From the NCBI GenBank assembly GCA_051362555.1, contig CM120649.1, positions 496,001 through 560,000 on the forward strand: a DNA stretch of 64,000 bases, in the 5' to 3' direction. Numbering within the stretch: position 1 is the stretch's first letter; the number at the start of each line of letters is the position of its first letter. Positions 37,869 to 51,951 of the stretch are shown here, in pieces. Source of the stretch: Lingula anatina (lineage: Eukaryota; Animalia; Brachiopoda). Under the pieces are notes generated by a model, which was not told the DNA's origin, did not search any database, and worked only from the letters and a program-made list of their open reading frames with translations. The position numbers and the translations under genes were made by a program.

Positions 37869-40001
37869 CCTTTCACTTCTGTCCCATGACGATCAAAGTA
37901 TCAGGAAAAACCATCCATTTCCATGCAAATTTCGATTTTCCAGCGAAATGTGATTACGTTAGCATCGATTATGTGTTCTTCTGCTTTCCACTGCATGCAC
38001 CGTTTTATTTCCTCTGAGTAAAATATCCACCTATCTAAAGACCTGCCCCATGGTCTTTCCCCATACTGCGGTCTGTAACAGAAATCAGTTGACTGTATGA
38101 CTGGCCATTCCCCGACTCCAAAGTAAACCAAGATTTTGGAACATTATTTAAATTTTTTTAAAGATATTGCTGGGGTAGGGCTATCGGATGCAATGCATGT
38201 ATTTCTCCTTGTTCTATCGATGTTCTTACAAATAGACATGTTTCACTGTTTTAAAGGTACCATTTTTTATGTCTTAATATCATGCAAAGTTATTTAACCT
38301 TCCCATATCGAACCTTAAAAAACTTCAAATAGAATTAACTGATGTCGATACTTTCTTTTGAAATGTACCCTTGTACATGAAGACATGCCAAAGTGACAGG
38401 CCAGATAATCAAAACAATTATAAGTATAAAACATAGAATCCAAGTGCAGGGACAAGTCGAAAAATGACCTGTAACTAAGACAAAACTATATTTTACTCGA
38501 ATAAGTTTCCACATGGCATTCTGGACAGGGCGCCCTTAACTGTGGATTTTTTTTAGATCTAATCGAATACGATATTCACTATCCACAGAAATGCCCTTGC
38601 TATATTGTCAAGATTCTCGACATCCTTTGAAAATCCATTTTATACCATAAAATCTAGATTCTTCTTCTCCCTTGTCTTAGAACCCATTGAAAACCTCCCT
38701 GATCTTTGATAGAACAGTAGGCTCGGGCACCTTGCACAGTATACAGTTAACAGCACGGCGCTTCCAAGCCATAAAAAACAAGTAATTAAGAACGTGAAAT
38801 GACAGGCACGCGTAATTGGTAAAGCATTAATGGATACGGTCTGTTCCCATTACTGACTAGAACATCAATTACTACGAAATAACTAAACAGAAACCTCTAC
38901 TTACGATGAAAGTACGTCACCGGTCACGTGAGCCACGCTTTAGACTAAACATCCGTGACGAAATTGAAGTAGAAAGAAAACCAGTTCTTGAGTATAGTCA
39001 AGATTTCATTACCTTTTCCATTTTTGACTTTATCATCAGATGACGCATTTTCAATCAAATAAACACTGTGCTCTGAGGCTGTCATTCATCACCATTTCAC
39101 CGACCCAGAGTCTAATCTGTCATCAACTGTCATTGAGCCAGCGATGGCAATGCTAAACTCCTGACTGCGCAGTACATCTCTACTGTCTCCAAGGTTCGCG
39201 CATGTTAATTTCACTTTGTAGATTTCAAGAAATTCGATTAAGTTCAGTCTTCAGAAACGCTTCATGGCGAGCACAGCAATGAACATAGATTATCAATACG
39301 CTATGGAGTTGCCTGTCTCGGTTGGTGAAACATGTTATACACATAATACACTTGCCACTGCAGCAGTGTTATAATCAAGTGCAAAAGAGCATGAAGGCAC
39401 TTACGTAGAACTTGTCCGTCGTTTTATCGATAAAAATGGAGATTTCAATCTTTCCATGCGACTGAAATCTACAGTACCCTGCTATTTGACCAAATGACTA
39501 AGCCCCCTAATCTGAGTTATTAATCTGTCTCCACTTGTATTAAAGTGCAAACTGCTTAACATCAAAGGCATTTCCATAAATAGAAAAAAATATACACAAT
39601 ATCTTCTTAAAATTCACCTTAGCTTCTTGGAAAGATGCTCAAACTGTCCAACCTACGATACTGTTGCCTGATGCCTTCTCGACCTATATCTATCTCAGGC
39701 CATCCAATTAAGGATAGATTCACGTTGTGTCACTGCCAAGACCACAAACTCCATTGACACAGCACGAAACTCCGAATCCAGCATATTTATAACTTCTTTG
39801 GAAACAGAATGGAAATAAAAGTTCTGCTGAATTCACTTATAAGCAGAATAGGGCGAAAGAAGGGATGGTTACAGGATTCTGGTCAGACTTTATTAGCAGT
39901 GGTCACTTAACAGAACAGACCATTGACTTCACGTAATTAATAACAATAAACCTACTTCCACAATGCATCCTATTCTTTTTTCCATTTGATCACTAATGTC
40001 G

Positions 40002-40268
40002 CAGGGGCGGATCCAAGATTATTTGAGGGGGGTCTGTAGATGCAAAGCCGACCCCCCCCCCCCCGGCGTGGGGTTCGGGACCCGCCAAAGGGCCCCCAAA
40101 AAAACTGGTATTTTAGAGGGCGAACGGTGCCATTTGGTACGGTTTAGAACAATGATTCAGCTAGTCAAAATTCTTATTTCAAGAGGGGACCATTGGTGTT
40201 ATTTCTTTCAGAAATCGAAGGGGGGGGGGGCAGGACTCCCCTGACACCCCCCCCCCAATCCGCCACTG
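40002..40268 (+). mobile_element. hAT-like MITE family D with perfect 5-bp TSD
   Basis: CAGGGGCGGATCC...AATCCGCCACTG flanked by TGTCG/TGTCG. Confidence 0.85.
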
Positions 40269-42035
40269 TGTCGATCGTCATGTCAGATTATTATATTGAC
40301 CTAGCAAGAGACGGTACTGTGTGTTAAAGTTACCATTTTTAGGGTTTATAAAATACTCTAGCCCTTGATCCAAGCTTTAAATTATAACTGATAAATGTGT
40401 ATAAAGTATCATGGTAATTGCCTGAATCTGAAATTTATCTCTGCAGGTACATAGAAACCAATCCCTTAGCTCTACACGTACAGTACTCTTAGCCAGAGGA
40501 TAACTGGGAAATATAACGACAATTTTCTGGCAAAAATTCTAAATGCAGAGAGAAGTGCACAGAATAGCCAGAAAAATATCTGTGAGCATTTTGTGAAAAA
40601 TGATATTTGTTACTCTGGTAGAGGGTAAATTGAATAAATAAATATTGCTCAATTTTTATAAAAACATTTTTTGGTAATTCAAGCAATACAATCCAACTGT
40701 CTGTTCCATATAAAATACTATATCATGCAGCATAACTATGCCCAAGCAAAGGGCCACTGGGACCATAGTATTGATCAATGTGCTATCATAGCAGAGTTAA
40801 TGAACATAATACAGTTGGTTTTCGACCCCAAAAATCATGCATAGGTCAACCTAATAGATACAAGGTCGCTGTTCGATAAATTTATGTGTATAAGATCCGT
40901 AGGCTATCTAGATCCACTTGGCACTAAGAAACACGCTCGATTTTATGCTGGTGAGTGCTCAGCGGAAACCATTATCTAGGTCAAATTACGGAACTGCCTG
41001 TAGGCGACACACATATATGTACTATCGATTCTAGTTGTGCTGTATCAGCCGGAGAGTGAAGGTTCTTAATCAAATCTCCTAAGATAACACCCCTTCCGCT
41101 TCATATCAACTCAGACGAAATGACGAAGAGTCCATGACTTAAAAAAGACGATCTAATCGATGCAAGGTCATTCATATGGTTTGGGGAATAAAAACCCCTG
41201 TCAAGAAATCATGCGCAGATATAAAACATACCTTATATTATGTTGATAAACAGCAACAGACTCCACACTGGGCGGTATAGATAGTATGGCGGGATTTAAA
41301 AAATGAGAACAACGTGAGTATGGAACCAGAGTTGGAGTCATACACATATAAAGTGGAATACTGATAGGCCTCATGGGAAATATGTATATGGAATATATGG
41401 AAGCTAATGGAGCCCGGTTCAGACAAGGTCTAACCAGAACGGAAATGAAGCCAAAACCTGTCAAAAGCAAACAGGAACTTAAACGTATGAAGCGTATTTT
41501 GCTGTTATACGTTTCCTCGTACAAAAATGACTAATGAATAACAGATAAACGATATTATAATGACAGGAAAAGATAAAATGTAAAACGTTTACACGTTATT
41601 GCTACAAGGTATAAGTTTTAACTGTCAACTCACTATAGATAATTACTAATTTAATAATCGCAACAAGGTTTTAGAATTAAGGTCAATCTCATTAACTAGT
41701 ACTGGAACACTGACCAAAGTGGATTACCATCATATGTTAACGGGTGTTAACTACCCAGTTTTCTAGTGCCGGCAAGCACGTCTAATTAATGACATCTTGT
41801 GTTCAACAAAATTCATAATTTGCGCTAAAAACCACCCAGGTCGTGTATTTATACTAGGAATGTGGTTTATATGTTCCAGATAGTATGTTGAAAGATACAA
41901 TGAATATAAGGAGATCAGGCTAGTTAATCATTAACGCGGTCAGTAGAACTGGCATGGAAATTGAATTCATCCACATGAATAGAGACTGTTTAAGGGTAGG
42001 GTCCAGCTAATCAACTTGAGTATAAGTACAAACCA

Positions 42036-42110
<75 letters not shown>

Positions 42111-42317
42111 CTGCACACACTCGTAAATCCTCAAGAACAAAACGGCGTATTTGGGGGATAGAGACACACTGTGACTCACAGTAGCTAACTTTTTCTTCTC
42201 ATGCGACAATGAATCCCTGTAAGCAGCACTGAGTACTAAGTCAAAATCTTATCTTGGAAACAGACGTACAACATTTATGATCTAATACTACTACTACTTC
42301 TACTACTACTGCTACTT

Positions 42318-42359
<42 letters not shown>

Positions 42360-42378
42360 TTATTATTATTATTATTAT
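42036..42378. repeat. (CT)n(CA)n and (CTA)n(TTA)n microsatellites
   Basis: Read directly at 42036-42107 and 42283-42378. Confidence 0.93.
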
Positions 42379-44512
42379 CCCGGTAGATGATACGTGCACT
42401 CATTGAGAGAAAAAAAACTCAGAGTGGAAAATAATTCCAAGTCTGTAGACATTGATGCTAGGACCTGGGTTAAACTTGGAGAGGGGCTGGGGGGTGGGGG
42501 GGTGGGGGGTGGGGGGGGGGTACATGTAGGGGCAGGGAAATGAAAAAAGTAATTGAAATAATGTGTTCGTTGTTATTTTCTTTTAAAATTTGAAATACAC
42601 TTCCCAAAAGTCTACCTTAACATGGGGTTTTAGTGCCCAATACCGCAGGTGACACTATGTCTTCAGTTTGTGGTAAAAATACCGTTTTCGGTTTTGGGGT
42701 TTTCTCTAGTTGCCATAAACAATACAGACGCATTGGAAGCTGGGTGGCAGCAGAAAAAAATGGTACCACAAAAGTCTCTCAAATGACTTTCTTCTGATTT
42801 TGTCGACTTCCATGTGAGATGTCTCCCCCTTATGTGATCTTGTGGTCTGCTGACGCCATTAAGTCTACTCCCAGTCGTACTTAGTAGTTGTAAGGTCCCT
42901 ACTTTCTCTTAGGCTAAACTAAAAAATGAATCCATAGGCGTTTGCGAAAAAGTTTTAACGTTGTCATATATATGAAAATGTGTGAACCTGTTTTGAGTTT
43001 TATGTTTTTTTAAACATTTTAATCAGTCTCGTAGTGGAGATGAGAACTGGGGGATTACAGTCGTGGTGGTAAAATGAAAAATGAAAAATGAAAAAAATGA
43101 AAATTAAAACTGAAAAGTGGTTACTAATCAATTAGACCGCTCCTTTCGGTTTTGGATATCTGTAGGTTCTATCTTGGTGATTAATGGAAATTATTGACGT
43201 TTTTAATAAAATTAATTTTACTATTCCCGTCTAACGTGTATCGTGCGCCTAAAGCATAGCTTGTAGCGCCTCGTGCTCCTGTGTGGGAATATTTTCAAAA
43301 CACTTCAATCTTTGCCACTGGCTCTAGTTCCCGCAGATATCCCAGCGTGGGAATCTAATCTCATACATAGAGACAAAAATGTTGCTAGATAGTACTCTCG
43401 GAGTAAAAGTGACAACAAAATGCCACAGGCAAGGTAATTATGGATAAAATATAACAATTATTACTATAAAGGATGCATTAGGCGAAATCAAGAGTGTATT
43501 ACAACGGCAATGCTTTATTCTCAGTCTCGTTATGTGTAAATGGCTTTTTAATAACTTCTTCATAATTGCGAATGGATATAAAAAGACATTTGTAGCTCGC
43601 GGTGAGGTAATTAGTTTTGATTTCAGATTCACAGAGATCACTTTTCAGACCATCTTGCGATCTTAGATACCAAAACCCCCATACTGTTGTCATGGCAACG
43701 CCGAATGTGATGAGCATATAATATATTCTATGGAAAACCTAAGGAGATTAAGGACTCACAGTTGTAATCAGAAATACAGTTGAACTGAAAGAAGATAGAT
43801 ATATCTCTAAAAATCGGACGACAAAGCATGAAGCTTGAAAACACCTCGGTCGTGGAATTTTCTCATAAATTCTGGTGTCTTTGCAGCACATAGCTAACCC
43901 GGTGACCTCCTTGCTCTGACGAAACAATGGCTATTAAATCTTCCGAAAAAGGTTAATATTTAACTTGGGGTAGCTGTGAGCAGAAATGTCTAGCTCTTGT
44001 ATAATATTGAGGGCCATGAACATGTATATATTTGCTTTCGCTTTTTTAGCCTGTCCTCAAAATAACTGTTTAATTATTCTGAGGAAATCCGCAAGAAAGT
44101 CACTTCTGGAATTTTCTTCTCAAATGTGAAAATGAAAACGTAATTGTTGGTGGAATATGAAGTGCGAGTGATCAAGCTCCATTGTTCCCGGCCTCCGTGT
44201 TCAGTGTTGAAATATCGGCAGTAGATCACTACCCTGGGGATCGTGTGCTGGAATCCAACGTTTTATAACGAGCTTTGACATACACATCTTACACGCTCAC
44301 TAGATCTGGTCGTTATTCAGACTGCTTGTCCAACCGTCCAGCTGTCTGCCTAAATTCTCTCTCTCTCTCTCTCTCTACAGCGTCCCCTTTCAATTTTCTC
44401 CTTTCCTGCTCTCCATCTCTCTGGAAAGGCGCTGTACGCGTAGACGTACATGTATGTAATTGTAAAGACACATACAAACAAGGGCAGGTGAAATATCTGA
44501 ATGCTAAAAACA

Positions 44513-45403
44513 CAGGGTGTTCATTTCAATTTAAGAATAACGCTTCCCTCGCCGAAGTATATTCATGTATGAATCACAAGAAGCAGCGCCGCTAACGTAT
44601 TTTTCAATTTCCATTCCATTATTTATCGTTTCTCGTTCCTGAGATTAAGTCACGCTTTTTTATCATTACTTGTCTGTGAAAGAGAATCGCTTGAGAAGCA
44701 GAGAGGATCTTAACACTGTGTAATACTTGGCTGGGTTGTCAAGATGTAAAAGGTAGACTTGTATGAAAGGGGATGGTTGGAGTTGGGGAGAGGGGGGGTA
44801 TTTAGTGGACCAGCGGTACAATGTACCCCTAGAAGACCTGGGCCCTGGGCAGCAGGGGGGGGGGGTGAGGGGGTCTGGAGGGCAGGAAGAGGATGAGAGG
44901 GGACAACTGCTGCAGAGATTTTTGAAAAAGAAACACAAAACGCAAAAATTAAGAAAACAGCTAGAATGGAATTCTGGTCACGAAACTCTCAACACTGAAA
45001 AAAAGAAGGAAAAAATTCACGCGGATATTGGTTTGAATATAACCCATGTTTAAGGAGAACCTTGTCCTCAAAATATAGCCAACGAAACGCATGCGTCACT
45101 GTCTAGCAGTTAAAAAGAGGTATTGTTGTATGTATCAGACTACGAGGCACAAAATTAACAAACATAGTGATTTTGGTAACGAAAACGGAGCATGATATTC
45201 CACAGAATATTGCATTTTAGCCTTTTAAAATAGCATTTATTTCAAATGTCAGCCCTATTGTAAGCAAAATAGTATTTGTAAAGAAAACAAGGGATGAAAT
45301 CAATAGCAGACGAAACATAATTTAACATAATTAACCATGTTCTTGCTATCAACCAAAGAAACAGACGATCCACGTCGCTCATTCCAATATGACATACACC
45401 CTG
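44513..45403. mobile_element. Possible non-autonomous Tc1/mariner-type element
   Basis: AAACACAGGGTGT at 44508-44520 is inverted as ACACCCTGTGTTT at 45396-45408. CAGGGTGT ends are typical of this group. Confidence 0.45.
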
Positions 45404-47472
45404 TGTTTGAGACTGTCCACTGTTGACGGCAGAGGACGCTCACCAAATTGTCTGAACTTCAGGGTAGCACCTGAAATTAATGTTCTTTCCACGAACCCGT
45501 CAAGTAAACCGAAACTATGACGTTAATTTCACCAAAACGTTAACATTTCAAGCACAGTTGAACTGATATGTAGGCTATAATATTGAACATTAGAATGTTC
45601 TTTAATATTACATAATACATTTCGGGGGCCCTCTACGTGGGGTTCTCTGCCAGATCCCAGCTTAATTATGACGTCAAACCTTCTATCTAGAGACTACAGA
45701 AATGTACACAACCAATAAACACCCAGAGAAATATCCGTGAATTGAAGTGAAAAATAAAACCCTGTGACCCTGTTCGCGGCGTCTTTATGGAGGTGAAGGT
45801 ATATAAAAAACACTTATATTTATGCACCCCGATCACGGGCACCTACATCATAGACCTAGTGAATGAAGCTCATGTTACAACTGCTTTATCTCAAACATCT
45901 TCCCAGCATCCTGTTAGCTGCGAAGAACTTGAGAACTACCAGATGTAGAAAGCTCATGCACCCTGATTATAAAAAAATACTGAACACTCGATCACTTCCG
46001 TCTTTAACAGTGAAGCTCGGTTTCCAGTTCCTCTGAAACGCAGGGTGATCACCTGGCCTCTGAGATATCCCCGGATTAACAACACTACTTTTGAGTTAAA
46101 ACTGTGTGTCATATTTTGATAATTCAGCTTATTCCTAGCACAACTTAATCCCACGCAAGCCCACTAATTCAGCTTAAATTGCCTTGCTGTCGAAGTCTTA
46201 GAAATCATGGGTTCCTTGCTGTAGGATGAGGCACTCACTATTCAATATGTTATATGTTCTCGCGAACTGAACAGCGATCATTTGGTGACTTTCTGAAAAT
46301 ATTCTTATGATATTAAGGATAATAACCAAAAAACTATACAAGTAACTAAGTCTACATCACAGACTGGTATATAAGTATATTGAACAAGCGGCCCACTTCT
46401 TACTTGACCTTGTAAAGACCACCCCTTTTTTCTGACCAGCACTACATCTTTACATAGAATAATATACCTAGATTTTCGGACATCCCACCACCAATGGGCA
46501 TTCATTCAAGAGGGAATGTTTCTAGAAATATTAGCCATGTAACGCCTGCTTTTAATATCATAGTCTGCGTCTGACATTAACGGGGAAGGTTAAAGTCGAC
46601 CGGCGTTCCTTCATTGTGGTAGGCGCACAAAGCGTTTGGGTATCCTGTTTGTTGTCTCTGGCGTATCTCTCCCAAGGCACAAACGCTAAGACATTTATCA
46701 GCAAGCAGTAACTGGGGGCATTCTACACATATACACGTTTAACTGAGAATATAAAACTTACGTTATAATTCTCCCCGCGATATTCTAAGCTCAGTGTTCT
46801 AACAATCCAGCTGCTCTTTCTTCCTAGAATCCAAGATGGTGCGTTGATTAATATGCCGACCTCAACGGCCTTATCCCATTTACTGGTTCGCAAACACCAT
46901 TTGGGGGAGAAACAGAGGCAGATGTTCTCTCAGCACGCGCCGCGGGCCCTGTTACTAGAACTCTTAGCGACTTAATGCCCCGTAAAACATCCTTGATTAA
47001 CTGCCAGATGTTAACCTTTTACTGCTTCACACATTAACCACATGATAATGACGTAATATGCGTCTGTCCTTATTTTAGGGAAATATTCTAATGTGTCTGA
47101 CATCACTTCCTGATGAAATCGTCAAGCATGCAAGTTGGCGTTAAAATAATTCGCGTAAATTATATTCTTATCTATTATTTGTTTTTAAAAAGTTTCAGGA
47201 CACCGCTTTTATTAAGTACAGGGTGTCTCATCATAATTTAGACCCACTAACATGACGATGATTTATTATTAAGACAAGAAACTGAGACAATATTACAAGT
47301 CTTTGAAGTTGGTATTATAACGTTAAAAAAGAACATTGATTTGATGTCTCCAGCTCAAAGAATGTATTTTTTACAGCATGTGTACTAAAAAGACCAAAAT
47401 CTCGCTGATGACACGTTTGAATTCGACGAGCGAGGTTGTCAATCGCCCTGACAGTATTCTTTCGGTATGACA

Positions 47473-47531
47473 CGTTTATTTTTGGTGAGTCGTTTATTCT
47501 TGGTGAGTCGTTTATTTTTGGTGAGTCGTTT
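47473..47531. repeat. 18-bp tandem repeat x3
   Basis: CGTTTATTTTTGGTGAGT repeated. Confidence 0.85.
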
Positions 47532-48247
47532 CTCAATGAAAAAAAACAAAGGCGTTGTTTTGTTTTGCGCCAGCTGTGCATGGTGTGAAACAGATTCCTC
47601 AGCTATTTTTGTAAACATAGTGAATGTTATTACACACTGAAGTAAATAAATAAGATACTTGTTGCAATAACAGAACTTGAGGTTTCAGTCGTTTTTATTT
47701 TGTTTTTTCTTTTCCTGTGAATTTTTTGGACCCAAGAAAAGACAAGAACAAAAAGATGTGGTGGAAATATTTTACCGCAGGTAACTCCACCTTGGCAAAC
47801 CTTCAAACCAACAAGAGCCGTCAATGGGGACCACAGATGTACGGCACTTTAAAACGCTCTGAAGTATTTTGTTTTCTGTTATAAAAGACCCGCAGGGTAA
47901 ATGTATGTCTCACACGATGTACAAATTGTTTTGTATTTACTGTCCTTGCTAAAATGCACTTAACGTTAAAAGTGTCAGTAAAGCAGGTGACCGCTAACCT
48001 TGGGCTCGTCATGGCGCCTCTAAGCATTCGATCACGTGATGGTCTAAACAATGTCGTCTGGTAAAAACCTAATCTTCAACTCTAACAACGTAATAATCAT
48101 CAACGTGACGAAGTGATTAATTATTTCGGCATCTTTAATTTAATTTAAAGATATTGACGATGAGCCGCAAATAGGCTTTTCTACGATTTGTTTTCAGGAA
48201 TGTCGGATTTACGTGACGCCGTTGCCAGCCATTTCACACGTCACTAA

Positions 48248-48490
48248 GGGTTCATTCCCAGTTAAACCATCGATCCACGTAGATCGATCCAACTCTGCGG
48301 GGAGTCTCGCTGAATGCAATCAGATTAACAGGTGAACACGCCTCTTTCTGACGTTGAGTAGAATACAGAAAAGCTGGTGGTTATAAACAAGATGAGGCGT
48401 GTTAATTTGTTGATCTGATTGCATTTAGCAAGAGTCCCTGTAGAATTGAATCAATCTTTGTGGAATGCCAATTCCGTTGGAAATGAGTCC
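48248..48490. mobile_element. MITE family A, divergent relative
   Basis: GGGTTCATTCCC...GGAAATGAGTCC with AGATCGATC and GGAGTCTCGC motifs; palindromic interior. Confidence 0.7.
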
Positions 48491-48584
48491 CAACTTTCAT
48501 TTGTTTGTGTATTCCTATGTCTCGCATCACGTTGCCAGCCTCACATAGGCGCCTACTAAATCCTCGGCAAATGCTTCCATTTTA

Positions 48585-48866
48585 GAGGGTCCCATTAGGA
48601 ATTTTATTTACCCATGAAAGCCACTTTTTATTTCCCGAGATGTATGAAACGTTTATATTATTTAGTGTGATCCGTGAAGCACCCAATTCCGCAACTCGTG
48701 AATGCGACTTTCATTATTCGACCGTCGTGAAACGAAGTTTTTATACCCTGTGTTTCGTGATTATTGCATTATCAGTAAGATAGAAATAAAGTTTAAAGTA
48801 CTTATATTTGTGAATTAATGAAATTTTTCCCGTGAACTGTGATCGCTATCCCCCAATGGGACCCTC
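48585..48866. mobile_element. MITE with GAG...CTC ends (Sola2-like)
   Basis: GAGGGTCCCATT / AATGGGACCCTC TIRs, internal CGTGA repeats, T-rich flanks. Confidence 0.65.
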
Positions 48867-49082
48867 TTTTTTTGTGAGAGGCAAATAATTATCCAAAGCT
48901 TTTAGCTGTTTTCTGTCAGCTTAAAAAACAACACTTTGTAGCAGGCAATAAAAAGGTTATAAAACAGACCCCAGTATGCGTCATAATGCTTGAGGGCAAT
49001 ATGTGAGAGCTAGGCTTTTAAATGGCAAATATAACTTTCACTGGAGACATTAACTATTTCTCCTGTATAACCTATTTAAACC

Positions 49083-49083
<1 letters not shown>

Positions 49084-49129
<46 letters not shown>

Positions 49130-49137
49130 ATTATTAT
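49084..49137. repeat. (TAT)n microsatellite
   Basis: Read directly. Confidence 0.93.
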
Positions 49138-50454
49138 TTTAAAATAACGTTATTAAATAAAGTTATTAAAATAACTATAAAATAAGCAATACTAAATCAT
49201 AATCTAGTCATTAAAGTTACAGTAGCTCAGTCAAGATATTGCTTCATTTAAGACATCTATAACATGGTATAGTGTTATACAATTTATCCCTGTCTATAAA
49301 GTAAAATCACAATCTCGGAAGAGAAGCCAAAATTAGAAACAAAAGTCTCCTTGAAGTGATAAATTTAATAATGAATGTCCACCCCTTTTGGAAGACCCGG
49401 TGACGACTCTAAAATTGTAGATTTATTAATCTGACCTCATTAATTTCCATCTGGCTCTTTTGATCTCTTCCACCAAAAACAGTCGCCACACCTGAGATAA
49501 TTTCGTTATTTTAAACCAGTCCCAGGTCCAAGCGTTATGTAGCCTTCCAACCGGAGAATATATACACATTCAGGGCAACAGTAACAAATATTATTTAGCT
49601 TTATTGATCGTCCTGTTATATCGGACAGATACATTTACGCTTACTAATAGTTTTACGGCACGCAGGAATCAGTACGATTCCATATAAAAAATGGGCCTCT
49701 AAAGTAGAGAGAGAGAGAGAGACCCCGGGAGACCGTCACGTCTGTTCCTGCCTGCCTGACAGCCTGTAGCCCGTATGAGAGGAATGAAGACTACCTGAAA
49801 CACAATTTTATCTGCTGTGTGTTTTCAAGCCGCTGTTCTCTCAAAAATTAGTAACCAAACAAGGTTACACATCAAATGAATTGGTTTCGTAGCATAAGTT
49901 GGTTATGCAAGGACGAGCACCCGTAAACATGGTTAATTCTGGTTGTGGATAAACAATAACTTTAATAGAATTGTTAGGTGAAACTCCCACACCCATACAG
50001 CGTTGATCAAATTGGTTGTCCTACCCTCGTGATATTGATTTTTTATAATGCCCTAGTTTTAAAAGGTACATGTATGATAATGTTTTATATTCATTCTTTA
50101 TATTCATAAACATTTGACCTAGGTTAAATATGGAAGCTACAAATATAAGCTAGGGGAATAAGGGGGTATGCCAGTAGACGTTGCTAGCTTGGCTATAAAA
50201 TTGGTGCTGTTGCCTTGATATAAAGCGGACTGTTGTGGTAGATGAGATCTGACTTCCACCAACCTTCAGCTGGCACCATGCCAGGACCGGCTGCCATTGG
50301 ACCTAGGGGACCAGGGCCCTTAACTCGAAAACATCGCGTGTTGCGAATAGCGATATCACATAGAGGCTACAGTGTATTATATAGGACGAGTATGGGCGAG
50401 TTATGGAATCGAGACGCTTGCGCTCGGTCGCAATGCGCGATGCTTTCCAGTTAC

Positions 50455-50996
50455 AGAGCCCAGGTAGCTGCTTTCAATGAAATGGGCCGCAGGAAATCCA
50501 TTGCCAGAAGGCTTGACATTTCAAGGCGAACTGTTATTACAGTACTCCAGAGGACAGATGCAACCGAAAGTGTAGCTCCTGACAAATTTCGAAGGACGAT
50601 CCAGTGTCAGATTAAGGGGATGCCAGGGGTGGTCCTGACCCCCCTGCAATTTCTAAAAAAAATCACACCAATGGTCTCCTCTTGAAATAAGAAAGACTAG
50701 CTGAATCATAGTTCTAAACCGTACTAAATGGCAAATTCACCCTCTAACATACCAAAATGTTTCGAGCCCCTTCGGCGGGCCCCAAACCCCGCGCCAAACG
50801 GAGGGGGGAGGGTCGGCTTCGCATCCGAAGATCCATCTTCAAATAGTCCTGGATCCACCCCTGCGACCTCATGCCACTGGCATCCGTACTGGTCGTATCA
50901 TCAACGGCTTACGGGGGTATACCGAGATATCTTACCAAACCATTGGATCCCATTGTTAATTATATTCCAGGATAACTGTCGATTGCAGGATGACAT
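50455..50996 (+). pseudogene. Degenerate Tc1-like transposase fragments
   Basis: QVAAFNEMG..KSIARRLDISRRTVITVLQR...TESV resembles the paired-like HTH. After the MITE insertion, YRDIL.NH.IP.....FQDNCRLQDD resembles the second DDE Asp region (FQDDNA). Confidence 0.65.
50602..50863 (-). mobile_element. hAT-like MITE family D inserted in a Tc1 relic
   Basis: Reverse-complement copy, CAGTGTCAGATT...GGATCCACCCCTG, with flanks CGATC/CGACC. Confidence 0.8.
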
Positions 50997-50997
50997 T

Positions 50998-51951
50998 GAG
51001 GACATTCAGAACAGCGGACTTACAGACTAACGGGTCAAATATGGCCGACCCGCTTGAATGCTTGTTGCTTAATCCCCACGGTGAATCTATTTAGTGTCTA
51101 ATCGGAAATTAAGCAGCAAGTTTTGAAGTCGGTCGCCATATTTGATACGCGGATCTGTTAGACCGCATTCTCAACGAATTGAGCCAGGCTTTACAAATCC
51201 TGAGAACTAAAAATGGCGGACGTACATGAAAGAAAAACCGCCTAATCTTTTAATAGTCTCTCCGCCTCTCACACTCCTCCCCACACGTCGTCCCTGCTGG
51301 GTACAGTAATTAAATCTCGGCTCCGTTCGCCATGTGGAAGCTATCTGAGAAAAAGAAATGAATTGGCTCGTAGAGCAGCTATGAATCGGGCTCAAAATCG
51401 TAAAAACACCCACCCCCCTTCCAGTTCGATCAGGCGTAGGGAACAAGGCCAGCATCAGCATCAGAACGAACTGCGCCCTCTGACGAGACTGCATACGCAA
51501 AAATTCTGCCCTCCTCCTCCTCCGTCTACTGGGGCTGGGTATCTCTGTGAATATCTCCGTGAATATCTCTGGTGATATTATCTCCGTAGGTAGTCGATTC
51601 ATTGCTGCTCTACGGGCCAATTCATTCCTTTTTCGTCTCTGTTTTGAAAGATAATAGAACAGAAGAGCTTTTTTCCTTCGATCGCCTTTAGCCGCCATGC
51701 TTTCTTCACCACGAGTTTAACTGATGAGCATGCGCACTTAATATTTCTCAGGTAGCTTCCGCATGGCGAACGGAGCCGAGATTTAATTACTGTACCCCGC
51801 AGGGACGACGTGTGGGGAGGCGTGTGAGAGGCGGAGAGACTATTAAAAGATTAGGCGGTTTTTCTTTCATGTACGTCCGCCATTTTTAGTTCTCAGGATT
51901 TGTAAAGCCTGGCTCAATTCGTTGAGAAAGTCAGCTGTTCTGAATGCGCCC
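50998..51951. mobile_element. MITE family B copy split by an inserted fold-back element
   Basis: Left arm GACATTCAGAACAGCGGAC at 51001. The right arm is broken at ~51167 and resumes as AGTCAGCTGTTCTGAATGCG at 51929. Confidence 0.75.
51168..51928. mobile_element. Fold-back element with ~185-bp near-perfect TIRs carrying a gene 5' fragment
   Basis: 51168-51352 is the reverse complement of 51744-51928 with few mismatches. A - strand ORF starts ATGGCGGCT at 51698. Confidence 0.88.

Noticed and set aside
38560-38775. Possible decayed THAP-domain exon on the - strand (MAWKRRAVNC...GHF)
   Set aside because: Needs several frameshifts and stops to read; too weak without a profile search.
39040-39830. 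Possible old LINE remnant (GDFN on +, KASG-like on -)
   Set aside because: The motifs lie on opposite strands with many stops; cannot be supported.
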